This document shows positions 55,647 to 64,000 of a stretch of 64,000 bases of DNA, piece by piece. The first letter of the stretch is position 1, and every line of letters begins with the position of its first letter. The position numbers and the translations under genes are program-made. The stretch is from the NCBI GenBank assembly GCA_963754385.1, contig CAVWGE010000001.1, positions 441,633-505,632 on the forward strand, given 5' to 3'. The notes beneath the pieces are model-generated. The model saw only the letters and a list, made by a program, of their open reading frames with translations, searched no databases and was not told the origin of the DNA. Origin of the DNA: an uncultured Chloroflexia bacterium. GTDB taxonomy: Bacteria; Chloroflexota; Dehalococcoidia; GIF9; UBA5629.

Positions 55647-57458
55647 TTAACCTCGGGTAGTCTCCTCGTCTGTAAGCTTCAGATGTAGCTCATTGAGCTG
55701 GGTTTGAGAGACCGGCGACGGTGAATCGCTCATCACATCGATGGCGCTCTGATTTTTGGGAAAGGCAATTACCTCTCTGATGTTATCTGTCCCTGCCAGC
55801 AGCATCACCACGCGGTCAATGCCGGGTGCAATGCCGCCGTGAGGCGGTGCTCCATAATCGAAGGCTTCCAGCATATGCCCGAACCTGGCTTCTATTTCCT
55901 CATCTTTGTAGCCCAGCAAGCGAAATATCTTTTGCTGTAGCTCGCGGGTGTGAATTCTGATGCTGCCGCTGGACAGCTCGTAGCCGTTACACACGATGTC
56001 GTAGTGGCGTGCCCGCACCTTGGCCGGGTCTGTATCGAGCAGCGGCATATCCTCTTCACGAGGCGAAGTAAAGGGATGATGCATCGGCTCCCACAGCTTT
56101 GTTTCCTCATTCCAGTCCAGCAGCGGAAAGTCAATCACGAAAAAGAAAACCAGATGATTCGGGTCGATTAAGCCGAGGCGGTGCCCCATCTCCCGCCGCA
56201 GCTCATCCAGCACCTTATTCACCATCTTGGCTTCGCCGGCCACGATCAGTATCAGGTCGCCCGGCTTGGCTTCGAATTTACTGACTATCTCTTTTAACTG
56301 CTCTGCGGTCAGATATTTGGCAGCTACCGATTTGACTTTGTCGGGGGTCAGTTGTTCTAGGGTTTCAAAGCTGCCTGAGGGTAAGGCTAATGTTATCAGG
56401 CCTTTGGCTCCGCATGACTTTGCCAGTTCAGTCAGCTCTTCCGACTGTTTATGTGAATAGTCGGCGCAGCCGGGCAGGCATATACCCTTGACCTTGCCGC
56501 CGCCCTGTATAGTAGAGTGGAAAACGGCGAACTCGGATTCGGCGACAATTTTAGACAGGTCTCTTAGCTCCAGCCCAAAGCGTATGTCCGGCTTATCCGT
56601 GCCGTACCTCTCCATTGTTTCGGCGAAAGAAAGTCTGGGGAACGGCTTCAGCATCTTCATTTCCGGCTTAACCGTCTCCACCAGCGAGATGAACATCTCT
56701 TCCAGAAGGTTGAGTATGTCTTCCTCGTCGATGAAGCTCATTTCCATATCGAGCTGTGTAAACTCGGGCTGGCGGTCGGCGCGTAAGTCCTCATCGCGGA
56801 AACAGCGGGCTATCTGGTAATATTTCTCGAAGCCGGCCACCATAAGTAGCTGCTTGAGCTGCTGGGGTGACTGAGGCAGCGCATAGAACTTGCCCGGATG
56901 TATGCGGCTGGGCACAAGATAGTCACGTGCTCCCTCCGGGGTGCTCTTGAATAATATAGGCGTCTCAATTTCGACAAAGCCCTTGGCATCGAGAAAGTCG
57001 CGCATAAATTTCTCCACCTTATGGCGGAGTATCATGTTGTCCTTCAATCTGGGGCGCCTGAGATAGAGATAGCGATACTTAAGATACAGGTTCTCGTCGA
57101 CCTCCACGTCCTCGTTTATATAGAACGGCGGCGTTTTGGCTGTGTTTAGAATCTGTATATCGTTGGCAATGACTTCTATTTTGCCTGTGGGCAGCTTCAA
57201 GTTCTCGGTACCGGAAGGGCGTTCTGCCACCTTGCCGGTGATTTTAGCCACATATTCGCTGCGTAGCTCGTTGGCTGTTTCGTGTGCCTTCTTTGATATT
57301 TCAGGGTTAAAGACCACCTGAGCTATGCCTTCTCTATCTCTCAGGTCGATGAATATCAGTCCGCCGTGGTCACGCCGCCGGTGCACCCACCCCGCCAAAG
57401 TTACTTCTTTTCCAACGTGCTTATCTCTCAGTTCTCCGCAGCTATGGCTCTTGAGCAA
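55647..57458 (-). CDS. aspS: Aspartate-tRNA ligase (bacterial type)
   Basis: 603 aa, TTG start. GWVHRRRDHGGLIFIDLRD, FRDEDLRADRQPEFTQLD, GGIAPGIDR. Confidence 0.95.
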   Translation of the reverse strand: MLKSHSCGELRDKHVGKEVTLAGWVHRRRDHGGLIFIDLRDREGIAQVVFNPEISKKAHETANELRSEYVAKITGKVAERPSGTENLKLPTGKIEVIANDIQILNTAKTPPFYINEDVEVDENLYLKYRYLYLRRPRLKDNMILRHKVEKFMRDFLDAKGFVEIETPILFKSTPEGARDYLVPSRIHPGKFYALPQSPQQLKQLLMVAGFEKYYQIARCFRDEDLRADRQPEFTQLDMEMSFIDEEDILNLLEEMFISLVETVKPEMKMLKPFPRLSFAETMERYGTDKPDIRFGLELRDLSKIVAESEFAVFHSTIQGGGKVKGICLPGCADYSHKQSEELTELAKSCGAKGLITLALPSGSFETLEQLTPDKVKSVAAKYLTAEQLKEIVSKFEAKPGDLILIVAGEAKMVNKVLDELRREMGHRLGLIDPNHLVFFFVIDFPLLDWNEETKLWEPMHHPFTSPREEDMPLLDTDPAKVRARHYDIVCNGYELSSGSIRIHTRELQQKIFRLLGYKDEEIEARFGHMLEAFDYGAPPHGGIAPGIDRVVMLLAGTDNIREVIAFPKNQSAIDVMSDSPSPVSQTQLNELHLKLTDEETTRG

Positions 57459-57482
57459 GTAGACCTCCCGATGTGTCTGAGA

Positions 57483-57511
57483 ATTATAGCTTAAGGCAGC
57501 TTCTTGTTCAA
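57483..57511 (-). promoter_or_regulatory. Candidate aspS promoter
   Basis: Minus strand: TTGAAC (57511-57506), 17-nt spacer, TATAAT (57488-57483). GGGAGG RBS lies before the TTG start. Confidence 0.45.
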
Positions 57512-57620
57512 TTTAATAATCACAGAAACTGCTTCTAGGCTTGTAGCTCAACAAGTGATAGAATTACTAGAGGCGCCTCATAATCGCTATAGAAATAAAT
57601 AATATTAGTAGCTTTAGAAA

Positions 57621-58496
57621 TTGAAGGCAAAAAGGATAGCACTAAAGGCATTACCCTACATAATAGCTTTTATACTGTCGTTCCTATTGTTTCTTATTGC
57701 CATCAGACTCGATGATAATCTGAAAAATCTGTTCTTAAATGTTGCTGCCACCTTCTTCGTAATACCGCTAATATACCTCTTCTACCAAACAATACTAAAT
57801 TTCTCTCAGAAAAGATTAAACAGGGAATTATATGACTATGCAAAGATGCAAATTGACAGAGAAATTTTATCAGTGACTTATCAGCTTCAAAAAATGGTAT
57901 ACGCGTTGGAAGAAAAAGATTTGTCACAGAGTGGAATATCTAAGTTTCTCTCCCTGAATCAAGATAATATCATAGAATTACTAAAAAGGAATGAATATCT
58001 CGGTTTTCAAATTTTTAAACATTGGGAAGTTGCTGAAAAAGGTCTACATGAAATTATCAGAGACCCATATATTTTAAACAGGCTCGAAAGTGAACAAACA
58101 ATATCGCTAATAGAGATAATGAAGGAATTGAGATATATGGAAAGCATTCAAAAAATTGATGATTTGTACATTTGGATTGATAAGGTTGTCAAATCGTACA
58201 AAATCGCTAGTGGCCTTGAAATTAGCTATAAAAATATCAATTTCCCTGATCGATATTTGTTGTTTAAAAAGATAGATGAGAATAAGTCAGTCGTAATGGA
58301 TTTTGGTGATTTTCACCTTTATAACGTGGAGAGCCTTTTAAGCGTTTTTAGAATAAACGAGAAATACCTTGATCTTTATTGTTACGCCATTTTTGATTTA
58401 ATTAAAGACATCAACACATGGCTTGATTTAACAGGCAGGGAATTCTTGATTGACACAAAGCAATTTCGCCCGGCACTTAAAAATATGAAATATTGA
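57621..58496 (+). CDS. Hypothetical membrane-anchored protein (2 N-terminal TM helices plus a soluble domain of about 220 aa)
   Basis: 291 aa, TTG start, no clear RBS. Strongly AT-rich: 31-36 G+C per 100 nt in two stretches I counted, while the flanking aspS is clearly GC-richer. No recognisable motif. Confidence 0.55.
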   Translation: MKAKRIALKALPYIIAFILSFLLFLIAIRLDDNLKNLFLNVAATFFVIPLIYLFYQTILNFSQKRLNRELYDYAKMQIDREILSVTYQLQKMVYALEEKDLSQSGISKFLSLNQDNIIELLKRNEYLGFQIFKHWEVAEKGLHEIIRDPYILNRLESEQTISLIEIMKELRYMESIQKIDDLYIWIDKVVKSYKIASGLEISYKNINFPDRYLLFKKIDENKSVVMDFGDFHLYNVESLLSVFRINEKYLDLYCYAIFDLIKDINTWLDLTGREFLIDTKQFRPALKNMKY

Positions 58497-58537
58497 CCTA
58501 CTCTATCTTAAAATTGATATTAGTTGAACTTTCACGC

Positions 58538-58611
58538 CTAAAGAACGGCGTCGTTACGGTGTTGCGGTGAATTCAGCCACTTTTGTTTCTGAGCAAGCCT
58601 GACTTCCTCGT
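58538..58611 (-). pseudogene. Orphan copy of the tgt 3' end (last 24 codons plus stop)
   Basis: Minus strand reads [23 protein letters not shown](stop), against [24 protein letters not shown](stop) in the real tgt end. The DNA core of about 51 bp (near 58561-58611) has 6 mismatches to 60317-60367. Confidence 0.65.
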
Positions 58612-58625
58612 GGTGGCAGCCAGCA

Positions 58626-60176
58626 TTACCGCAACACGTCAGATTTCGCCACTTCGGACTTCATCAGCTCCAGGTCGGTTTGAGTGACAAAGCCGTCCCT
58701 GAACATCTTGTCGGCAGCCGCGTTGAATTTGGCCACGTAACCATCGTGGTTGCCGTACAACTGCTTAAGCTGTGCCTCATCGAAGGGGACCATATTGCCC
58801 AGTATGACACACCAGGGTGAGCAACTCACACACAAGGCCATGGGTTCGCAGGCAGGGCAAGGAATACTCATTGGCTTATATGTCTTAATGGGCACGTCAA
58901 CATATGGGGACCTGAGACCACCTTTGGCATTACCGAACTCATCCCTTACGATGACGCCATTGTCCACCTGTATGCGGTCGGCCTTCGGTGGCAGTATCCC
59001 TTCCCGTACCCATTGCTCGAGGTTGGCAAGACAGCCATCGAACATAAAATGTTCCGGAATGTCACTGAAGGTACCGTCGCAACACCACGGGCAGGCGCCA
59101 CCGAGAACTTGAGCCTGCTGCGAGCGTGGCGCACCCCAGTCAATGCCGTATTTGTTGAAATGACAGGCACCCGCTATCTCGTAGCGCCGGAACAGGTCAG
59201 GAGAGGTATCGCTGTCCGGACGTCGCGTTGGGATCCCGTTGAAGTCCGGGCTCGGAATTGCAATCTCGGTTTCAGTCAGCATGTGAACCACTGGCACGAC
59301 AGATGGCTGGATAACCCGGCGAGGGTCTGTAGGTTCAAAACCTCCTAAGCCAAGGTCAGACACATCGGCAAGAAAATCGTCATTGATGTAGACGGGTCCG
59401 CCGGCAGCGGCAGGTAGATAGCCATCGTAGATGGGTTTGCCATTGCCGAGCTTGGCATTCGGGTGGAAAAAGTTGATGTAGGTAATCATCATGGCGCCAG
59501 TCTGGGAATAGCCGTGTCCATAGACATAGTCAACCTTGAATTTGCGTAGTGGATTTGATTTATCCTTGCTCCTCAGTAGAGCGCCTACCTGGGTGAAGAT
59601 GTCCCAGGCCTGCGCGCGCTCTTTCTCAAAGGACAAGGACTTATACCGTTCCGAGTTGAACTTCTTAAGTGCGTTTATCGTGACACCTCTGCAGGTGATT
59701 CCCAACCAGGCATCGCCATTGCGCATTATGTGCTGGTGAAAGCATGTCCAGCCAGTGGCCAGGTCGTAGCCAGCACTCGGGTTTAGCCATTCTACGATTA
59801 CGTTGCCGCTGAAATTTTTGGGGTTGGCTGGGCGACGCACCAGCATGCGAGTAGTGTAGGGCAGGTCAGGCGTCCTGACCTTGACGCCGAAATTGCTAGT
59901 ATCGTCCGAAGCCACCAGCTCGTATTCATTTGCTTTCCCACTTATGAAATACTCTTCCTCGACATAGCCCTGTGACTCGAAGTCAGTGCCGCCTGAGGGA
60001 TTAAACGGGCGTGAAATAGTGGTTACCGAGATGGGGCCGGTCACAGTAGGTAGCGGCACGGTTGGTTCACTCTCCGGGGTAGCACAAGACAACGTGCTGA
60101 AACATAGAGCCAGAACAAGGGCAATAGCCATAGTAAAACTAATTACTTTTGCCTTTTTCACTATACACCTCCTCAT
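58626..60176 (-). CDS. Secreted (signal peptide, possible lipoprotein) protein of unknown function, possibly alpha/beta-hydrolase-like
   Basis: 516 aa. The likely true start is GTG 60161, 7 nt after GGAGG: VKKAKVISFTMAIALVLALCFSTLSCATPE. Contains YTTRMLVRRPANPKNFSGNVIVEWLN and GHGYSQTG. Cys-rich C-terminal part. Family assignment is tentative. Confidence 0.55.
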   Translation of the reverse strand: MRRCIVKKAKVISFTMAIALVLALCFSTLSCATPESEPTVPLPTVTGPISVTTISRPFNPSGGTDFESQGYVEEEYFISGKANEYELVASDDTSNFGVKVRTPDLPYTTRMLVRRPANPKNFSGNVIVEWLNPSAGYDLATGWTCFHQHIMRNGDAWLGITCRGVTINALKKFNSERYKSLSFEKERAQAWDIFTQVGALLRSKDKSNPLRKFKVDYVYGHGYSQTGAMMITYINFFHPNAKLGNGKPIYDGYLPAAAGGPVYINDDFLADVSDLGLGGFEPTDPRRVIQPSVVPVVHMLTETEIAIPSPDFNGIPTRRPDSDTSPDLFRRYEIAGACHFNKYGIDWGAPRSQQAQVLGGACPWCCDGTFSDIPEHFMFDGCLANLEQWVREGILPPKADRIQVDNGVIVRDEFGNAKGGLRSPYVDVPIKTYKPMSIPCPACEPMALCVSCSPWCVILGNMVPFDEAQLKQLYGNHDGYVAKFNAAADKMFRDGFVTQTDLELMKSEVAKSDVLR

Positions 60177-60203
60177 TTCTTAAATTCCCTGAGCGTTGTG
60201 AAC

Positions 60204-60232
60204 AATTTAACCTTAACAAACCCTATTGTCAA
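60204..60232 (-). promoter_or_regulatory. Candidate promoter of the secreted-protein gene
   Basis: Minus strand: TTGACA (60232-60227), 17-nt spacer, TAAATT (60209-60204). Confidence 0.4.
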
Positions 60233-60291
60233 TAGTTTTTAGTTGTTTTGAGAAAATATCACCCGCGGACAGACGAAGACCTGTTCTAGGA

Positions 60292-61479
<1,188 letters not shown>

Positions 61480-61524
61480 TCAAGCTCCTTGACTTTCCGG
61501 CTTGCTTTTGCCCCCGCCAGTAAC

Positions 61525-62400
61525 CTAAGTGCCGGATGTAAGCCAAATATCCAGGGACATAGTCAGGAAAATGATACCTAGATAGGGGAAGGCTGATAGC
61601 TTGTAAACCCTCCAGGCAGCTATCGACGTCCTTGAGAACAGCAAGCGGGCATTGGCATAAACCATCAAGATACCGAGTATGTTAGCCACAATCAGATAAA
61701 GCAGGTGAAAATCGGCGGCCAGGTAAATGAGCACGGAGACAAGGTAGAGAAAGATGGATATGCCGAAAAGTATTTTCACCACATCTTTGACCTGCCAGCT
61801 CAGCGGAAAGTAATTCAAACCGGCGCCTCTATAATCTTCCCGGTTAGCAAGCATTACAGTCCAGACGTGGATGGGAATCCAGATAGCGACGAGACTGCAC
61901 AGGAGAAGAATCCTGGTATCGAATACCGGACTTACGGCAAACCAGCCGATAAGCACCGGGGTACAGCCGGCGACTATGCCGAGAAAAGTACATGAGATTG
62001 TCTTACGCCATACCGACGAGGCTATGACGCCGATTAGCCCGAACAGGAAACAGAGAGGGTTCAGCAACCAGGCTAAGGCTAACCCCATAAGTATAAGCCC
62101 GATGATAAGGGGCAGGACTTTCTGCGGAGGGTCGATTCGCCTCGAAGGCAAAGCTCGATTGGACGTCCTCGTCATCCGGGCGTCAACATCACGGTCGAGA
62201 TAGTTGGTAAGTCCATTGGAGCCGGCACTGCCTAAAAAGATGGCGATTAAGGTGATAAAAAAGACTTTGATTGATGGATAGCCTACGGCGGCAATAATCG
62301 CCGAGCAGATGCCGATAAAGGTGAGCAGGCTGGTCTCTACAGGTTTCAGTACGCTGATATAATCCAGGAATGCCACCCGCTTGCTCAGAGCGATTCTCAA
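61525..62400 (-). CDS. UbiA-superfamily prenyltransferase, heme O synthase (CtaB/CyoE)-like
   Basis: 291 aa, about 8-9 TM segments. YISVLKPVETSLL, NYLDRDVDARMTRTSNRALPSRRI (Asp-rich motif plus R-T-x-x-R, as in protoheme farnesyltransferases). Substrate is inference. Confidence 0.7.
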   Translation of the reverse strand: MRIALSKRVAFLDYISVLKPVETSLLTFIGICSAIIAAVGYPSIKVFFITLIAIFLGSAGSNGLTNYLDRDVDARMTRTSNRALPSRRIDPPQKVLPLIIGLILMGLALAWLLNPLCFLFGLIGVIASSVWRKTISCTFLGIVAGCTPVLIGWFAVSPVFDTRILLLCSLVAIWIPIHVWTVMLANREDYRGAGLNYFPLSWQVKDVVKILFGISIFLYLVSVLIYLAADFHLLYLIVANILGILMVYANARLLFSRTSIAAWRVYKLSAFPYLGIIFLTMSLDIWLTSGT

Positions 62401-64000
62401 GGCTTTACCACCTCTTTAAGGACGCTCAAAACCTCTTTTACCGGGACATTACTGCGTATTATTGCTTTACCGATGTCTTCGAGCAATACCCACCGGATTG
62501 CCTTGCCCCGAACTTTCTTGTCCAGCTTCATGGCTGCAAGCACATCAGTCAGAGGCACACCGGAGCAGTCTGTAGGCAAGCCGAACTTCTGCAAGAGAGA
62601 TTTCTGGCGTTCAACGGCATCTTGTGGCAGAAGCTTTAATCGATGGCTAAGCTTAGTTGTCCCCATCATTCCAATAGCCACTGCCTCACCGTGGAGAAAA
62701 CGTTCATATTCGCTGGCGGCTTCGATTCCATGGGCTATAGTGTGCCCGTAGTTGAGTATGATGCGCTTTCCGGTTTCCTTCTCATCCTCTGAGACAACCC
62801 GGCATTTAATGGCGGCGCTTCGAGCAATGACTTTGGATGTAATGTCCGGTTTTAAATTAATTAAATCTTTAGCTTTGTCTTCGAGAAGTTGCAGAAAACC
62901 GGCATCCAAAATCAGACCATGCTTGATAACCTCGGCCCATCCCGAGGCAAGCTCACGCTGAGGCAAGGTAGTTAAAGTCTTGACGTCAGCCATGACAAGA
63001 CGAGGCTGGTAGAAAGCGCCGATTAGATTTTTACCTTGTGGATGGTCAACGGCTACCTTGCCGCCGATGCTGGCATCTGTCATGGCTATCAGGCTGGTAG
63101 GCACTTGCAGCCAGGGTAAGCCTCTTAAAAAAGTGGCGGCAACAAAGCCACCCAGGTCACCGATCATGCCGCCGCCTAAAGCGACTATGATGTCATTTCT
63201 CTCTACCCGGTGCTCAATGAGGAAGTCATAAATCTTGACAGCCTGCGCAATGTTCTTTGAAGTTTCACCGGGCGGCACTACGCAGCAATTGACGGCAAAG
63301 CCCGCTTTCTCCAGCGTTTTCTTAACCTGGGCGCCGTAGATGGAAAAAACGATTTCATCGCTGATTATGTTAGCTGTGCCCGATAAGCCGGCCAGTTTCA
63401 TTCTTTCTCCAAGCTTGTCCAGTATCCCCCAGCCTACAAATACAGGATAGCTGGTCGTCTCTGTCTCTACCATACAGGCAAGGTCGGCTCCAGCGGATTG
63501 CTTGCTGCTGTGCCGTTTATCTACATACTGCCAGCCTTTTATCACCTCCCGGCTCACTTCTTCGAGGGTTAGGTTGTCGGTGTGAACCGTCCAGTCAGCG
63601 ATAGCATAATGGGGCTGGCGTTTAGCTTTAAGCTGTTTGATGCGCTCCAGAGGATTATCCCCGGCGAGCAAGGGACGGACTACAGGGTTAGCAGAGTAGA
63701 GGGTATCGTGGAGCAGTCGCTGGTATATGGTCTCCGGTTTGGCTTCCATGCAAACAACCACGCCGGTTTCGAGAAGCAGCTTCTGATTTCGAGGGTCGAT
63801 GATAGCCCCACCACCGGTAGCAATGACAACCTTTTCTTCGTGGCAGGCCTGCCTCAATATTTTGCGTTCCAGCTGCCGGAATTTGTCCTCGCCATCCTGT
63901 TTGAAGATTTCGTGTATGGTCTTACCGCTGAGCTTAACTATCTCGTCATCGGTGTCTACGAGTGTCCAATTCAGGCGCTCAGCTACTTTCTGGGCGATGA
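62397..64000 (-). CDS. aroKB: Bifunctional shikimate kinase / 3-dehydroquinate synthase (AroK-AroB fusion); N-terminus beyond the right edge
   Basis: Reading frame is open to the window edge. Upstream of the track ORF I read ...IAQKVAERLNWTLVDTDDEIVKLSGKTIHEIFKQDGEDKFRQLERKIL (shikimate kinase). The downstream part has LGGGMIGDLGGFVAATFLRGLPWLQVPTSL...DASIGGK and NYGHTIAHGIE (DHQ synthase). Confidence 0.85.
   Translation of the reverse strand, partial: IAQKVAERLNWTLVDTDDEIVKLSGKTIHEIFKQDGEDKFRQLERKILRQACHEEKVVIATGGGAIIDPRNQKLLLETGVVVCMEAKPETIYQRLLHDTLYSANPVVRPLLAGDNPLERIKQLKAKRQPHYAIADWTVHTDNLTLEEVSREVIKGWQYVDKRHSSKQSAGADLACMVETETTSYPVFVGWGILDKLGERMKLAGLSGTANIISDEIVFSIYGAQVKKTLEKAGFAVNCCVVPPGETSKNIAQAVKIYDFLIEHRVERNDIIVALGGGMIGDLGGFVAATFLRGLPWLQVPTSLIAMTDASIGGKVAVDHPQGKNLIGAFYQPRLVMADVKTLTTLPQRELASGWAEVIKHGLILDAGFLQLLEDKAKDLINLKPDITSKVIARSAAIKCRVVSEDEKETGKRIILNYGHTIAHGIEAASEYERFLHGEAVAIGMMGTTKLSHRLKLLPQDAVERQKSLLQKFGLPTDCSGVPLTDVLAAMKLDKKVRGKAIRWVLLEDIGKAIIRSNVPVKEVLSVLKEVVKP

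Noticed and set aside
57459-57620. Possible T-box leader upstream of aspS
   Set aside because: A good promoter (TTGAAC-17-TATAAT) lies only about 25 nt upstream of the start codon, which leaves no room for a T-box structure.

Overview
64-kb chromosomal window from a bacterium with anaerobe-type metabolism. All family calls come from reading motifs in the supplied translations and my own translations; no searches were run. Gene content (four-subunit-type 2-oxoacid:ferredoxin oxidoreductase, HydBC/NuoEF-like flavoprotein, archaeal-type phosphoglycerate mutase, CooC-like ATPase, many GTG/TTG starts, long operons with overlapping stop/start codons) resembles Dehalococcoidia/Chloroflexota, but the taxonomy is inference only. 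Layout: (1) 1-16.9 kb, housekeeping. This holds a partial Xer-type recombinase, a long minus-strand operon (cooC-like, pgk, apgM, tpiA, miaA, dapF, an orphan ORF, dapL-like, hflX), then tyrA-aroA-remA-gmk, ybeY, tRNA-Ser, miaB-nadB and ridA. (2) 17.0-31.6 kb, an accessory island opened by an IS110-family element. It carries a GctAB-like CoA-transferase, a decayed SDR gene, an AT-rich LuxR regulator bracketed by long inverted repeats, a tandem EthD-like protein, a BKACE enzyme, a Liv-type ABC importer and a DHOD-like Fe-S flavoprotein. Repeated promoter-like modules and a truncated gene copy lie inside it. (3) 31.9-33.4 kb, lexA with candidate SOS boxes, two small orphan genes and tRNA-Pro. (4) 33.5-39.6 kb, a six-gene operon that joins a 2-oxoacid:ferredoxin oxidoreductase to a NuoE/NuoF/NuoG-N-like (HydABC-core-like) module, flanked by tRNA-Pro and tRNA-Arg. 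(5) 39.7-44.8 kb, membrane and stress genes: CPA2 antiporter, orphan OadB/OadG-like pair, TerC, tandem USP and two tRNA-Ser. (6) 44.8-57.5 kb, housekeeping: dprA, topA, aroQ, pepP, efp, PHP, a formyltransferase-like/HAD-like/PfkB trio, clpP, tig and aspS. (7) 57.5-60.3 kb, a small variable patch with an AT-rich 2-TM orphan gene and a secreted-protein gene flanked by a duplicated tgt 3' end. (8) tgt (apparently without a canonical start codon), a heme-O-synthase-like prenyltransferase and a partial aroK-aroB fusion. No CRISPR array, rRNA gene or recognisable defence or toxin system was found. The most promising candidates for new biology are the accessory catabolic island with its repeat architecture, and the POR-flavoprotein operon.
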